From Squalus acanthias (Eukaryota), in NCBI GenBank assembly GCA_030390025.1, contig CM059433.1:15750001-15814000 (forward strand): DNA of 64,000 nt, read 5' to 3'. Below are positions 1 through 12,897 of this stretch, in pieces. The notes beneath the pieces are model-generated. The model searched no databases, was not told the origin of the DNA, and was given only the letters and a program-made list of their open reading frames with translations. Both the position numbers and the translations under genes were made by a program. The stretch's first letter is position 1; each line of letters begins with the position of its first letter.

Positions 1-689
1 AGAAAAAGGAGTTCCCAAGGGTGCAGGGCATCGTAGACTGCACACATGTGGCCATTAGGGTAGCCCATCACAACCCAGCTGTATTTGTCAACCGCAAGGG
101 CTTCCACTCCCTTAGCGTCCAGCTGCTGTGTAACCACAGGAAGAACATTATGCATGTTTGTGCCAAGTTCCCTGGCAGTGACTCGTTCATCCTGCGGCAG
201 TCCACTGTGCCTCAGCTCTTCAATCTGCCAAGACAACTTTCCGGATGGCTACTTGAAGACAAGGGTTATCCCCTGAAAAAGTGGCTAATGACACCGATGA
301 GGAGGCCATCAAACGAAGCTGAGGAGCGCTACAATGCGAGCCACACTTCCACCAGAAGCATCATCGAGCAAACCATCAGCTTGCTCAAAATGCGATTCAG
401 ATGCCTCGACAGATCTGGTGGAGCCCTACAATACGCCCCAGCCAGGGTCTCCAGAATCATCGTGGTCTGCTGTGCACTGCACAACATCGCACAGCAGCGT
501 GGCTTAGCGCTGCCTGAGGAACAAGTGGCTCAGCGCACAGCTTCCTTGGAAGAGGAGGAGGAGAGGGAGGAGGAGGAGGCTGCAGATGAATGACGCCTTG
601 CGGGGGTAGATGTGTCAATTCCACCAGCACGCGAGCACATTGCTGGCCGTGAGGCAAGTGATGCGCTTATCCATGCCAAATTTGCATGA
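1..689 (+). pseudogene. Harbinger DDE transposase, C-terminal half (runs off the window start), disabled
   Basis: Motifs [46 protein letters not shown] and an acidic tail. In-frame TGA at 591-593; the same frame continues (RLAGVD...ALIHAKFA*) to 689. Two codons are missing in FPGS--DSFIL versus YPGSCHDAFIL in the 54327 copy. Confidence 0.93.
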
Positions 690-971
690 TGTGATGCTTC
701 AACCACATATGGCTAGCACATGGAAATGAATGTTTGGCCGACCTTCTTAACACATTGTACAGCATCTGTGCAATAAACTGTGGTTTCCTATCACTCTCAC
801 CACCATCATTATAGATGAAAGGTGCCCTGACCCCTCACTGTGCAACTTCCATTTCTGAGCACACATAGGCCAACTCCTTGAATCTTTGCCATCGCTTTTC
901 TTTAATACATTTATAATCACGATGACAAACATTTGTATCAGATGAAAACACCCAAGTGACTACCCTTGTGA

Positions 972-2785
972 CTATTTGTGTGTTAACTTTTTCTTACGCG
1001 TGCTTCTACGTGGTGCTTCCCCTGTGACTTCAGCAGATGTAGAGGCACCTTGCTGATTTTGATGCTGTGCCTGCTTTGACGCCTTTGGCGGGCGTCCTCT
1101 GGCTTTGGGAGCCTTGGCGGGCTCCGCAACAGTCTGCTCCTCCAGCGGCTGTGCAGGGGCTGAGACGGCCAGCTCAGTTGGCTGAGGAATCTGGGGCTCT
1201 GACCGAGGGCTACGCAGTGGCATAGTAGTGTGAGCCCTTGGAGAGGAGCCCACACTTCCTGGTTGTCGACCACCAACATCCCTCTCATGGTTCACCCGCA
1301 CTTCACTGCTAGCAAGTGGCTGGAGAACACCTTGCTGCACATCAGGGGGGCCATGAGGACCCGTCTCTGTACTGGCAGTCCTCATTACACAGACATCCAT
1401 GTACCTCTGGTTCCTCTCCTCAATAGATGCCCATCTATCCTCCATATCAGACCATCTATTTAGAGGAGTCACCATGCTCATTTGAGTCTGGTGATTTATG
1501 TCCTCCATGGAGGTTGCCATCCTTTTCATGGTGGTATCTACATTCGCCATTGCATGCACCATGGCAGTGCTCATGTTTGAGATGGACCCTCCATTCCCTG
1601 CACACTCACAGTTACTGTGAATGCAAACCTTGTCAGAGACTCCTGCACTTGTTCCTGGAGTTCCAGCACTGCTCTCTTTCTGGATGGCCCCAGAGGCACA
1701 GAGTCTACATGCAGCTGCGCAGAGCTAGCAGCGTCCTGCGGCCTCTGACGAGGACTCTCCACTGCTGTCCCTGTCTCCACCATCTGCTGATGCTCACTTG
1801 TGAGTTGTGAAACGCCAGGTGACAACACTACTCTATGTCGCGAAGGACCCACCGAGGTGCGCGTCTCTGCGCTGGTGCTGGGTGCGCTTATTTCTGGTGA
1901 TGCTGCTCCCTCAGAGGCTCCAGGTTCCTCTGAGGAGTCCTCCGGCTCTTCCTCCTGGACAATGGGGAGGGGGGCTCTCGATGGTCCTGTGGGGTAGTAA
2001 AGGCATGAGTTAGACATGTGATATTTAGGTACCAGAAACATAGCATTGTGCAGATGATCAGAACTCAATCTGTATGAACATCAGATGCCACTTCAGTCAC
2101 TCATGAAATCTAAATGAGAGGGTTGCAAATCTATTCTGTCACCAGCTTGCTCTAGTGCGCCCGTCTCTCCGTCCCCCACTTCCAGCTCCTCTTCACCTCC
2201 AACTATGTTGAGAGCAGCCTCCTCAGCGTTTGTTAAAGTTGCGAGTGATGGTGGGCCTCCTCCTGTCCTCGCTCTCTCCCTCTTATTGTGGGCTCTCTTT
2301 TCCTGCAATGAGGGACACAAGTGGAGTTTCAGCGAGATTGATGGAGTGTAAAGATTACATAACATTGAAGCTTAGAGGGAGACAAATATGGAGTGAGGTG
2401 TCAAAACCAAGGTGCCTACCTGTGCCTTGTTGGTTGTTGTCATTGCATAACATTGATAGCGAGTGTGAGGGGTGCATAGTGGGATGGTGAAGTGATTCTG
2501 TACATAGAGAGAGAGGGATGGTTAAGGGTGCAAGGGATGTAAGGGTAAGTTGGGATGTGGAGGAACAGGCTGACAATGCAGAGTGCTGGTGATGGGAAGA
2601 GATGGGAGGCAGAATGAAGGTAAGTGTGATGTGATACTTGCTGAGCGTAGCAGATCATTGTACCTTTTTCGGCACTGCACCCAGGTGCGTGAGCACAATG
2701 ACCTTGCGCTGACCTCCTCAGCAATTTGCAGCCAGGCTGCCTTTGTCCGCTGAGGAGGCTTCCTCCGGCCATCGGGAGGGAACAA
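972..2785 (-). pseudogene. Harbinger Myb/SANT partner gene, 3 exons, 5'-truncated and frameshifted
   Basis: Exon 1 remnant ~2785-2639 (AWLQIAEEVSARS...QCRKRYNDL). Exon 2 2302-2143 (cag|EKRAHNKRERARTGGG...|gt). Exon 3 from 1986 (acag|, phase 1), frameshift near 1572, ending RRSTRKKKLTHK*. Convergent with the transposase, same layout as the element at 51795. Confidence 0.88.
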
Positions 2786-2883
2786 AGGCAGCCTGGCTGC
2801 AAATTGCTGAGGAGGTCAGCGCAAGGTCATTGTGCTCACGCACCTGGGTGCAGTGCCGAAAAAGGTACAATGATCTGCTACGC
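2645..2883. repeat. Perfect inverted repeat (foldback), 102-bp arms and 35-bp spacer
   Basis: 2645-2746 is the reverse complement of 2782-2883; mirror ORFs appear on both strands. Confidence 0.95.
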
Positions 2884-3032
2884 CCTCTTACTCCCTCCAC
2901 AACGGGATTTCTGTTTGTCTCTGCAACCTTGTTCATCTTCATTGCTTTCGGTTTCCCTTCTCGTGTTTGATCAGGTATCTGCCAAGACTCATTTTCACAG
3001 CCACATCTCTTTCCTCAGCAACTGTCTCCGGT
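2884..3032 (+). mobile_element. Probable 5' ORF fragment of a Penelope-type element
   Basis: LLVFDQVSAKTHFHSHISFLSNCLR resembles the N-terminus of fish Penelope-like ORFs (recalled, not searched). Confidence 0.4.
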
Positions 3033-3376
3033 TCCGACGCCGCAGTATTTTGCTATTGCACCAAGAACTGGGTTCAGATCGTCTAAACTCATTTCATGTC
3101 GGATCCTAATGAGCTCGAGGAAGAGAGAAGACCATCATACCATCAAACGGAGCTGGAGTTGAGATTGCATTCCAAAAATGAAATAACAGGGTCCAGTCCT
3201 GGCCTCCCTCTTCTTCTATCCCCAAATAAACTAAGTACGTTATGTCTGGAAAAACCTAAGACAATCCATTAGTGAGCCTTTAGCGATTATGCCACTAGTT
3301 TTTTCCCTTTGTCTTGTGTCATCTTCTGTCTTCTAAGATTTTCTCCCTTCTAAAACCAATGGGGTAGGCAGGCTGT

Positions 3377-3561
3377 GGCCTAGAAATTCGTCTCGGTCAG
3401 TGGAGCAAAACGGTGGTATCGGACCGGCTGCCCGTTATACGCAGCATCTGATATTCAGTTCCATAGACTGCAACGGAACTGAATATCAGGCGCTGTGTAT
3501 AACGGGCGGCCGATCCAATATCGCCCGTTTTGCACCACCGCCCAAGACGAATTCCTAGGCC
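3377..3561. mobile_element. Harbinger-type MITE
   Basis: TIR GGCCTAGAAATTCGTCT / AGACGAATTCCTAGGCC; CpG-rich interior. Confidence 0.75.
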
Positions 3562-4509
3562 AACGCCTCTTTCTATCACACGTCATTCTGATTTTTGTAA
3601 TCCCCTGCAAAGTAAAGATCATTGCTGGCACCTCACTTTGCAGTTTCCACTTGCTTCCTTATGAAAACTCGCTCAGATACATTGCACAGTTCAGTATATC
3701 ATCTTCCTCACCCATGTGCTGCCTTTCCTCTCTGTACCCTCATCCAGTATCAGTCACCGAGCTGACAGATGCGAAGGTATGGGCGCTAAAATTAATGAAA
3801 TGAGAAAACATGGAGTGAAATATATCTGATTATCATTTGAAAGGAGTGAACAATTGAATCTTATTCACTGAATAGTTCAAACTTCTTCTATTCTTAGAAT
3901 CAATTGAGAGCTTGCTTGTTGGCAAACTTGGAAATGAAATAAAAGGTTTCAAGAAAGACATATGTAATTATAACTCTATCAGGTTTCCTCAGCATCAAAA
4001 ACACCAATTATTGTATGGATTTTAGTAAATATAATGGGAGTTACGACAGCCTGAACCTACAGACCCTGACCCACATTTTTGTTACCAGATTTTGGTAGAG
4101 TGATTATCAATTAGATAAAAACAAAAATGGATTCTCAGAAAAGACATAACAATGAATAATATAAGGGCATGCCATATGCAATCAAACTGAACAATACCCC
4201 TGATTACACCTGTTTCAGGAGGCTCTACTCCGCATACAGCTGAGTAAGACTACTTGAACCAAATAAACACTATCTCCTTTCATGCACAATAACATCTTCA
4301 GTTACTGGCAAATGGGCTCTTTGTTACAGAAGCTACACATTATTAAACCCAACAATAATATACATGTGGCTTGAAATCATACTGTGTAATACGTTTGTGT
4401 GAAATTCCTTTGCTACTTTAATGGGATTAATCTGTTTATTTTATACCTGTTATTGGGATAAGTTTTATGATTTGGTGTTCCCATCGCATGAAGCTATACA
4501 GCAGGAATG

Positions 4510-7490
4510 CTAAATTGGAAAATGTACCCCATTTCGTACACTCCAGGAGGTGCACAAGGTGAGGGAGTGGGTGACCACTAGACAGGGTAGGAGAAAAACA
4601 CAGGTAGTGCAGGAATCCCCCAAGCCAGTGGCACTCGCTAACCGGTTTTCAGTTTTCTTGGGGGAATGCAGTAAGAATCGAAACCCCGGCACCGCGGGTG
4701 ATTTGACTGCACACAGGGGGAAATAAAGAGTAGAAATACCGTAGCCATAGGGGATTCGATAGTTAGGGGCATAGACAGGAGATTCTGTAATCACAAAACA
4801 TGATTCTCGAATGGTTTGTCACCTCCCTAGTGCCAGGGTAAAGGATAGCACCAAGTAGGTGCAGGACATTCTGCGAGGGGAAGCGAAACAGCCAGAAGCC
4901 TTGGTCCATGTTGGAACCAATGACATAGGTAGAAAAAGTGTTGAGGTCCTTCAGGCAGAGTTTCAGGTGCGCGAAAAAGATTAAAAACAGGACTTCAAAG
5001 TTAGTAATCTCAGAATTACTCCCAGTGCCATGTGCTAGTGAGTATAGAAACAGGATGATAGTGCAGGTAACTGTGTGGCTGGAGAAGTGGTGCAGGAGGG
5101 AGGGCTACAGATTCTTGGGGCATTGGGACCAGTTCTGGGGGAAGGGGCACCTGTACAAGGTGGACGGTTTGCACCTGAACAGAGCCGGGACCAATGTTCT
5201 CGCTGAGAGGTTAACTAGTACTGTTGGGGAGGGTTTAAACTAATTTGGCAGGGGGGAGGGGAACCAGAAAATAGCAGAAAGGAGTAGCAATAAGATCAGA
5301 GGACAGAGAGATATAATCAGCAGTAAAATTAGAAATATCCCAAAAATAGCAGGGACCAGATTGAGGAAAATAGCAAAAGTGACAAAGGAAGTATGAAATG
5401 GTATGTACGTCAATGTCCGTATTACAACTAATAAGGTTGGTGAGCTGCAGTCACAAGTTGCCACATGGGATTATGACGTGGTTGCATTAACAGAGACATG
5501 GCTCAAACAAGGCCAGGAATGGGTTCTTAATAGTCTTGGTTACCAAATATTCAGGAATGATAGAGAAGGAAAAAGAGGACGGGACGTGGCAGTATTGATT
5601 AAGGATGATGTTACAGTTCTGAATAGAAAGGATATACAAGATGGTTCTAGGACTGAATCTATTTGGCTTGAGTTGAGCAACAGAGGAGGAGCTGTTACAT
5701 TGCTGGGAGATTTTTACGGAGCTCCAAACAGTGCGAAGGAGATAGATGAGCAAATTTGTTGGCAAATTTCAAAAGCATGTAACAAAAATAGAGTAGTAAT
5801 ATTAGGGGACTTTAATCACCCCAATATACTGGGAAAAACATAATGCTAAGGGTAGGGAAGGAGAAGAATTTATGATATGTGTGGAGGAGAACTTTCTCGA
5901 TCAATATGTCTCCAGTCCAACATGGAAGGAAGCAGTGTTGGATCTGGTTCTGGGAAATGAAGTAGGACAAGTGGAGTGTGTTACAGTAGGAGATCATCTA
6001 GCTAACAGTGACCACAACATAATTCAGTTTAGAGTAATTATGGAAAGAGACCAGAAAATATCAAAGGTAAAAATGCTCAACTGGGGAAGAGCTCATTTCA
6101 GTGATCTAAGAAGGGACCTAGCACAGGTAGATTGGAAAAGGTGATTGCAGGGTAAAGCAGTAATGGAGTAATGAAAGACATTCAGGGAAAAGATCGATCA
6201 AGTACAAACTAGGCATATTCCATTGAAGGGAAAAGGTAGAGCACCCAAAGATAATGCGCCCTGGATAACAAAGGAAATAAAAGTTAAAATAAAACAGAAA
6301 AAGGAGGCTTATGGCAAATGTCAGGAGCAAGATTCAGTTAATGACCAGGAAGATTATGGGAAGTACAGAAGGGAATTGAAAAAGTTAATACGGGAGGCAA
6401 AGAGAGGTTACGAGAAAAGATTAGCAGGCAACATTAAACTGAACCAGAGGATTGGAGGGTTGCTAATGTTATACCACTATTTAAGAAAGGGGAGAGGGAT
6501 AAATCGGGAAACTACAGGCCAGTCAGCCTAACATCGGTGGTGGGGAAGCTATTGGAAACCATTATCAGGGAGAAAATAAACTTTCATTTGGAAAAGCATG
6601 GGTTAATCAAGGAAAGCCAGCATGGATTTGTTAAAGGCAAATCATGTCTGACTAACCTGATTGAATTCTTTGATGAGGTAACAAAGAAGGTTGATCAAGG
6701 TAGTGCAGTAGATGTTGCATCTTCTTCTTAGGCAGTCCCTCAGAACCGAGGATGACTTGCTTCCACATTAAAAATGAGTTTGCAGGTGACTGATGAGTCC
6801 AATGCGGGACCTACAGTCTCTGTCACAGGTGGGGCAGACAGTGGTTGAAGGGGCAGGTGGGTGGGGTGCTTGGATTGATGTGCGCTCCTTCCGCTGTTTG
6901 CGCTTGGCTTCCGCTTGCTCCCGGCGAAGAGACTCGAGGTGTTCGGCGCCTTCCCGGATGCTTTTCCTCCACTTTGTGCGGTCTTGGGCCAGGGATTCCC
7001 AGGTGTCGGTGGGGATGTTACACTTTTTCAAGGAGGCTTTGAGGGTGTCCTTGAAGCATTTCCTCTGCCCACCTGGGGCTCTCTTGCCGCGCCGGAGCTC
7101 CGAGTAGAGCACTTGTTTTGGGAGTCTCGTATCGGGCATGCGGACAATGTGACCCGTCCATCGGAGCTGATCGAGCGTGGTCAAAGCTTCGATGCTGGGG
7201 ATGTTGGCCTGAGCAAGAACACTGACATCGGTGCGCCTATCCTGCCAATGGATTTGCAGGATCTTGCGGAGGCAGCGTTGGTGGTATATATGGATGTTGT
7301 ATATATGGACTTTCGGAAGGAATTCAACAAAGTGCCACACAGGAGGTTTGTTAAGAAGATGGAAGCCCATGGAATTAAGGGGAAAGTGGCGATATGGATA
7401 CGGAAAACTGCTCTTTCAAAGAGCCAGCGCAGGCACGACGGGCCGAATAGCCTCCTTCTGTGCTGTAGGTTTCTATGATTCTATGATTTT
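4510..7490 (+). mobile_element. Decayed CR1 LINE (SGNH esterase ORF1; APE endonuclease and RT ORF2) with internal deletions
   Basis: ORF1 IGDSIV, VHVGTNDIG, DGLHLNRAG; ORF2 ALTETWL, ILGDFNHP, LDLVL, SDHN, QHGFVKGKSCLTNL. Deletions near 6445 and 7400; 3' tail (TTCTATGA)n. Confidence 0.92.
6721..7289 (-). mobile_element. RTE-clade LINE 3' fragment nested in the CR1
   Basis: HQRCLRKILQIHWQDR, QLRWTGHIVRMPDTRLPKQVLY, C-terminal CPTCDRDC..H; (GAA)n tail; degenerate TSD GTAGATGTTGCAT / ATGGATGTTGTAT. Confidence 0.88.
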
Positions 7491-7697
7491 CTGGAAGCAT
7501 CAGTTTCATGGCAATCACAATCTGAGCCTCTTTACTCTGTAGGAATAAAGAGACAGAGCTGATGACATGACTCAGCACAGTTAGTGTTCCTGCGCTAATT
7601 TGTTGCTTTTGTTCTCTAGCTTGTGTAGAAGTAATTCAATCAGTGAGTCAGCATTAATTCAGGCTAGATCTGTGAAGCAGCAAAGATTTAACTGACT

Positions 7698-8251
7698 TGA
7701 CTATTCCAACGCACTCCTGACTGGCCTCCCATGTTCTACCCTATGTAAACTTGAGGTCATCCAAAACTCGGCTGCCCGTGTCCTAACTCGCATCAAGTCC
7801 CATTCACCCATCACCCCTGTGCTCGCTGACCTACATTGGCTCCCAGTTAAGCAACGCCTCGATTTTAAAATTCTCATCCTTGTTTTCAAATCCCTCCATG
7901 GCTTCGCCCCTCCCTATCTCTGTAATCTCCTCCAGCCCCACAACCTCCCTCCTCTAATTCTGCCCTCTTGAGCATCCCTGATTTTAATTGCTCAACCATT
8001 GGTGGCCGTGCCTTCTGTTGCCTGGGCCCTAAGCTCAGAATTCCCTCCCTAAATCTCTCCACCTCTCTACCTCTCTTTCCTCCTTTAAGACGCTCCTTAA
8101 AACCTACCTCTTTGACCAAGCTTTTGGTTATCTGCCCATATTTCTCCTTATGTGACTCGGTGTCAAATTTTTTGTCTTATAACACTCCTGTGAAACGCCT
8201 TGGGATGTTTTACTACATTAAAGGCGCTATATAAATACAAGTTGTTGTTGT
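7698..8251 (+). mobile_element. L2 LINE 3' end
   Basis: DYSNALL, IQNSAARVL, HITPVLADLHWLPVKQRLDFKIL; ends GGCGCTATATAAAT..(GTT)n. Confidence 0.88.
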
Positions 8252-9054
8252 AGTTCTTTACAGCAAGCTGATCAGTCAAATCCACCCCCCACCACCCTTG
8301 AGACAGAAATCTGTCGGTGCAACTTATTAAGCAGACTGGCCATCTGTTGTTTTAGCCCATAACTTCTTGTGTCAGGTGCATTCAGTCTGACTTGCTCGGG
8401 GCAGGGTCAGAGAGGTGGCGAATCAGTCCTTAGGTCTTTCTTTAACATTCTTAAGGACAAGTCTGATTTTGTTTGGGGAGAAGCAGATTCTTGTTTCAAA
8501 TAGTAGAGGAACACATTCTGCCAGTAGCTGTAACTAATTCCGTACAAATGGATGGGAGAGACACAGATTGAATCCAAGGATTTTACATTAAAGCTGAACT
8601 TGACTAAAACCGTGATTGGATACATTCCAGTAATGAGAAGATTTCTTTCAATGTCACCAGAGAAAGGAAACTGCTGATACGTATGCAGGCCTGTTTGCAG
8701 ACTGGAATGAATGCTTGCTTGCATCTTTTACAATTGGATTCCAAATCAAATAAAACTGACACCTCTGAATTAATTTAAACGTGCTTGAACAGTATTTTCG
8801 GTTTGATGCCTTTAGAACCTTAGAAGGACAGGGGAGACACAAATGTTGACACAGAAGTGAAAGGCACACTTCACATTGCAACTACAGCATGATCTTCTGA
8901 TGCATATCTCACTTCAGGACCTCTCCTTAGAGACTTCAGGTCATATTCAAACACATTAAAGAGTGGACAACAAAGAATTCTGAATAAGAGAGAGCAATAG
9001 GCACAGCTCAGCAGTGTGTATTGCTGTCTTATATTTATAGTTGAAAATAATATT

Positions 9055-9818
9055 GGGCCAGAAATTCGGCTCCCTGGCTTCCCGCGGGTGCAAGGATCGC
9101 ACGCGCACCTACCTACCGCGCCTGCCGTTGACCCCTGGGCCCACGGGGCATTCCGGTCCTGGGCCTCCTCCAACTGCCGGCGCGCAGTGCTTGCGTATCC
9201 CAGGGGCGTAGTTAGTGCGATGCGTCCCTTGGGATCACGTGGGCCATGGAGAGCCAATGGCAGCAGACCATCTTTCATTCATAGATTTGACAGGAAGACC
9301 TGTCAAATCTATGAATACAGATCGGCCCCAAAACATCCCTAAAACTACAAATAATTTTTTTTTAAAAATCACATTTTAAAAATAACTATAAATTACATTC
9401 ATTAACTATTTTAAACAAAAATTTAAATTTTTGAAAAAATTAATTACACTTTTTAACGGGGCTAAAACTAAACTTACCTTTCTTTAAAGTAATTAAAAAA
9501 GATAAATCTGTGAAAAAAAATTTACATTTTAATAAAATCAACACTTACCTTGCTAAAAGAAGGCCTTGCGCCTCCTTTTTCAATGTGCATCTTCTCCGTG
9601 CTTACCCTCACGGAGGAATCTGTAAAAAAATCCGAAGTGCGAGGCGAACGTGCTGGCCCTCTGGCATGCGCGTTCGACCTCTGAACCCCTTTCCTCAGGG
9701 GAACAGAAGTGCTGGTTTCCCGCGCATGCGCAGCGCATGCAAGAAACCGGCACTTTCGTTCCGTCCACGGGTGAGTACACAGTACGTACTCACCCGTGGC
9801 GAGCCTAATTTCTGCCCC
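9055..9818. mobile_element. Harbinger-type MITE family A (second copy at 58942)
   Basis: TIR GGGCCAGAAATT / AATTTCTGCCCC; collinear with 58942-59702; internal palindrome TTCATAGATTTGACAG..CTGTCAAATCTATGAA. Confidence 0.85.
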
Positions 9819-9917
9819 AATATGATGTTAGAAATATAATGGCTCTGGTTAGATGGCTAGTACCATGATGTGCAAATGCATTCTTTACAATACAACAGAT
9901 GCCCATGGAAAGAATGT

Positions 9918-10664
9918 GGGGAAGAAATTCACGATTGCCCCGTTCGGGGCGCTAACTTTTAAAAGTTGAGTAAGTTAGCGCCAGGCACTAATGTTTCCAA
10001 ACTTTAAAAAAAATTGGCGTTTGCGCTCCAGGAAGGAGGTGGAGCACGAAATCAAGCTCCACTTCCTTCTTGGAGCGCAATCGGCAGCAGGCAGGGCGGA
10101 GACTTCAGCAGCGTTGCACACTGGGCCGTGCAGCACTGCCGTGTTCAAAGGCTCCTTCCCTCCCATAAAGGGAAGGGCCATCGCTGCAGGCTCTGCAATA
10201 ACAGAAAAATTGCCTACCTGGCCCACCAAGGCAGCCGCGATCCAGTGTGATCAGCAGAGTGCCGGGTTGATCGATCGCGGGCAGGAACCCGCGAAAAAAA
10301 CTGGAACAAGAAAGCTAAGTTTTTTTCTTACCTTGGCCACCTCGCCTTTAATCATCGCCCCTGAAGCGGCCAGCCGCCCGATGCACGCCTCCTGCAGCTG
10401 TCGGTGTTTTTGCCCGGTGCTGCTGCAGGGGGGCAGAAGTCAATTTTGGGTCCGGGTCGCTACCGGGGCGATGCGCGTGGCGATGACGTCACGATCTCCG
10501 GGCGAAGGAGACCGGGGCGCAATGCTGTAGTGCCGCCGCAATACTCCCGCCGAGTATGGCGGGAGTTGATGTCAGCGCCGCGCCCGGTCGCAAAACCATT
10601 TGCGCCCCGTTTGCGCCCCCCAGGGGCACTAACGGGTGAAGTAATGGCACCCAATTTCACCCCC
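9918..10664. mobile_element. Non-autonomous Harbinger family B
   Basis: TIR GGGGAAGAAATT / AATTTCACCCCC; 3-bp TSD TGT; homologous to 16776-17428 and to the ends of 51795-56002. Confidence 0.87.
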
Positions 10665-11651
10665 TGTATATCTTACTTTACATTCAGTTATGTTATGAAG
10701 GTTTTAATCTGGTTCAGAAGAATGAGATGAGAGAGATTCTGAAAACGACACGGACAACTTCATACTCCTCTAAGCATGCTCTGAGCTTGCAGAAGTAATT
10801 TTACACAGCTTGCTCTATGACTAGCTGTATGATATGCTATCTAAGACTGAGTCTGCAGAGAGTATATATACAGATTAAATCCCCAGTTATTCGTTACTCT
10901 ACTGGTTCGTCTCAGTTCCTATATCAAAGTGTATTTGCCTGAAGATTTTGCTCCCAATTATGAATCAAAGCAGAGAGTAAGCTCAGCTGTGTGCTCACCT
11001 CTTCCACTACATTCTGTTTTCCACCCTGCCCACAACACAGTGACTATTCTGGTCAAAGTCCTCTGTGACAGTGTTTATGCCTATCTGCCCCCTTCTAATC
11101 TTCCTTGAGCTCCTCACTGCCTTTGACACCATTGGTCATTCTGCTGTCCTCCGGTTTCTCTCCTCAGAGGTCGATCTGCTCCCTCCCAGTTCTATTTAAC
11201 ATCTGTTTTAAAGATGATATTACAGAGCAAACTTTACCAATTCAAGCTCCAATTGGAGGGCTTTGCCTGGCAGGAACTAGTTGAAAATTCAAGTGCAGAG
11301 CCAACCAAATTTTTCGTCCATCAAAACAAAATAATAGCAAATTACTTTGATTTCTTTTCCAGCCCTAGATCAGCTGCAGCTGCTTATCAGCTGTTCACAG
11401 ATACATGAAGGAAGAACAGGGGCTCTAAGGATCATTTTAAAATTTGTTTTTTGTAAAGTGAAGGTTGTTTTTGCTGTATTTCTGGTGGGTTTTTTAAATC
11501 TTAATTTTTTGCTTGCTTTTTCACGTGATTATGTTCTCCAGGTGAGCTCAGGCAGGCCGAGCTTCTCTTGGGATATCTATTTATCCATCTCTCTTACACT
11601 ACAGATGTCACTTTTTGTTGCGGATGCAGAACAATCTTTAAAAAAAAGTCA

Positions 11652-11771
11652 TGTAATAGAGCCACCTGGTGGACTACTGATGTATATAATAATAAAGCCA
11701 TATGCAGTACAGTTCTTACTGGAAGCCATGTTGTGCTGTTGTGTATATATGCTGTGTCCCAAGATATCACA
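11652..11771 (+). repeat. 5' LTR of the Gypsy element
   Basis: Direct repeat of 15681-15800 with 4 mismatches; TG..CA ends; AATAAA. Confidence 0.95.
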
Positions 11772-11922
11772 GAATTGGTGATGAGGATGCGATTGCGGAT
11801 TCCCTAGCTGAAATTTTTGTTGCAGGATAGTCCTGCCAACCGATGAAGAAACTGTTAGAGTTCTTCATTTTGCAGAAAAACTTAAAAATCTGAGGTGAAC
11901 TGTCGACGTTGCCAGAGTCCAG

Positions 11923-12897
11923 ATGGCCGCGCCTATGGGAATAATAGGGCGCTTGGGTGAGTTCCATCACGACCGACAGACTTTTGAAGCATATGTGGAG
12001 TGGCTGGAAATGTTTTTCACTGCGAATAGTATTGTTGAAGTCCCCGATGATGTAAACCGTAACCGGGCGGTTTTAGAAATGAAACGGGCTATTCTTTTGA
12101 CTGAAGCAGGCTCTGAGGTGTATGAAACCCTGAAAAATGTGCTTGTTCCCGCCAAGCCGGAGGACACGCCACTGAAGGAGATCCTAACCAAGTTAGAACA
12201 GCACTGCAGTCCTGAGCCCCTGGAAATTGCTGAAAGTTATCGTTTTGGAACACGCGCTCAATTAAATGATGAGGGTATCAGTGAGTACATTGTAGCTTTA
12301 TCACAGAATCACAGAATCCCCACAGTGCAGATAGAGGCCATTTCGGCCCATCGAGCCTGCACCGACACATATCCCACCCTATCCCCGTAACCCCACGTAT
12401 TTAATCCCCCTAACACTAAGGGTCAATTTATCATAGCCAAATCAACCTAACCTGCACATCTTTGGACTGTGGGAGGAAACCGGAGCACCCGGAGGAAACC
12501 CACGCAGACACGGGGAGAATGTGCAAACTCCACACAGACAGTCACCCGGGGCCGGATTCGAACCCGGGTCCCTGGCGCTGTGAGGCAACAGTGCTAACCA
12601 CTATGCCACCGTGTTTAAATAAGCTATCCATTCACTCTTATTTTGGAAACTTTCAGGAACAAACGTTGCGTGACCGCTTTGTTTGTGGGTTGAAAAATGA
12701 ACGTATCAGAAGTAAATTGTTGACAACCCGCAACTTGACTTTTGACTTAGCTTGTCAGACAGCTATGTCGATGGATATGGCTGAGCGATACTCCCGAGAG
12801 TTCCACGCCATTTCCAGTCGTCAGACAACTGAGGTGAATCGGCTGCAGGCTAAAAGTAAAAGGCAGTTGGGCCCCAAGGTCTCAGCAACTGGCCAAG
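11923..12897 (+). pseudogene. Gypsy gag, interrupted by a SINE
   Basis: FEAYVEWLEMFFTAN...IAESYRFGTRAQ..EGISEYIVAL, then the SINE, then LRDRFVCGLKNERIRSKLL. Confidence 0.85.
12301..12612 (-). mobile_element. V-SINE (HE1-like) inserted in gag
   Basis: tRNA-like head (GGTGGCATAGTGG, GGTTCGAATCC), central GGAGTTTGCACATTCTCCCCGTGTCTGCGTGGG domain, CR1-type tail (GATTCTGT)n. Confidence 0.9.

Noticed and set aside
8407..8950. Chain of short ORFs, including a RecQ-like VLEQYFRFDAFR peptide
   Set aside because: Frequent stops and no further motifs; the resemblance is probably chance.
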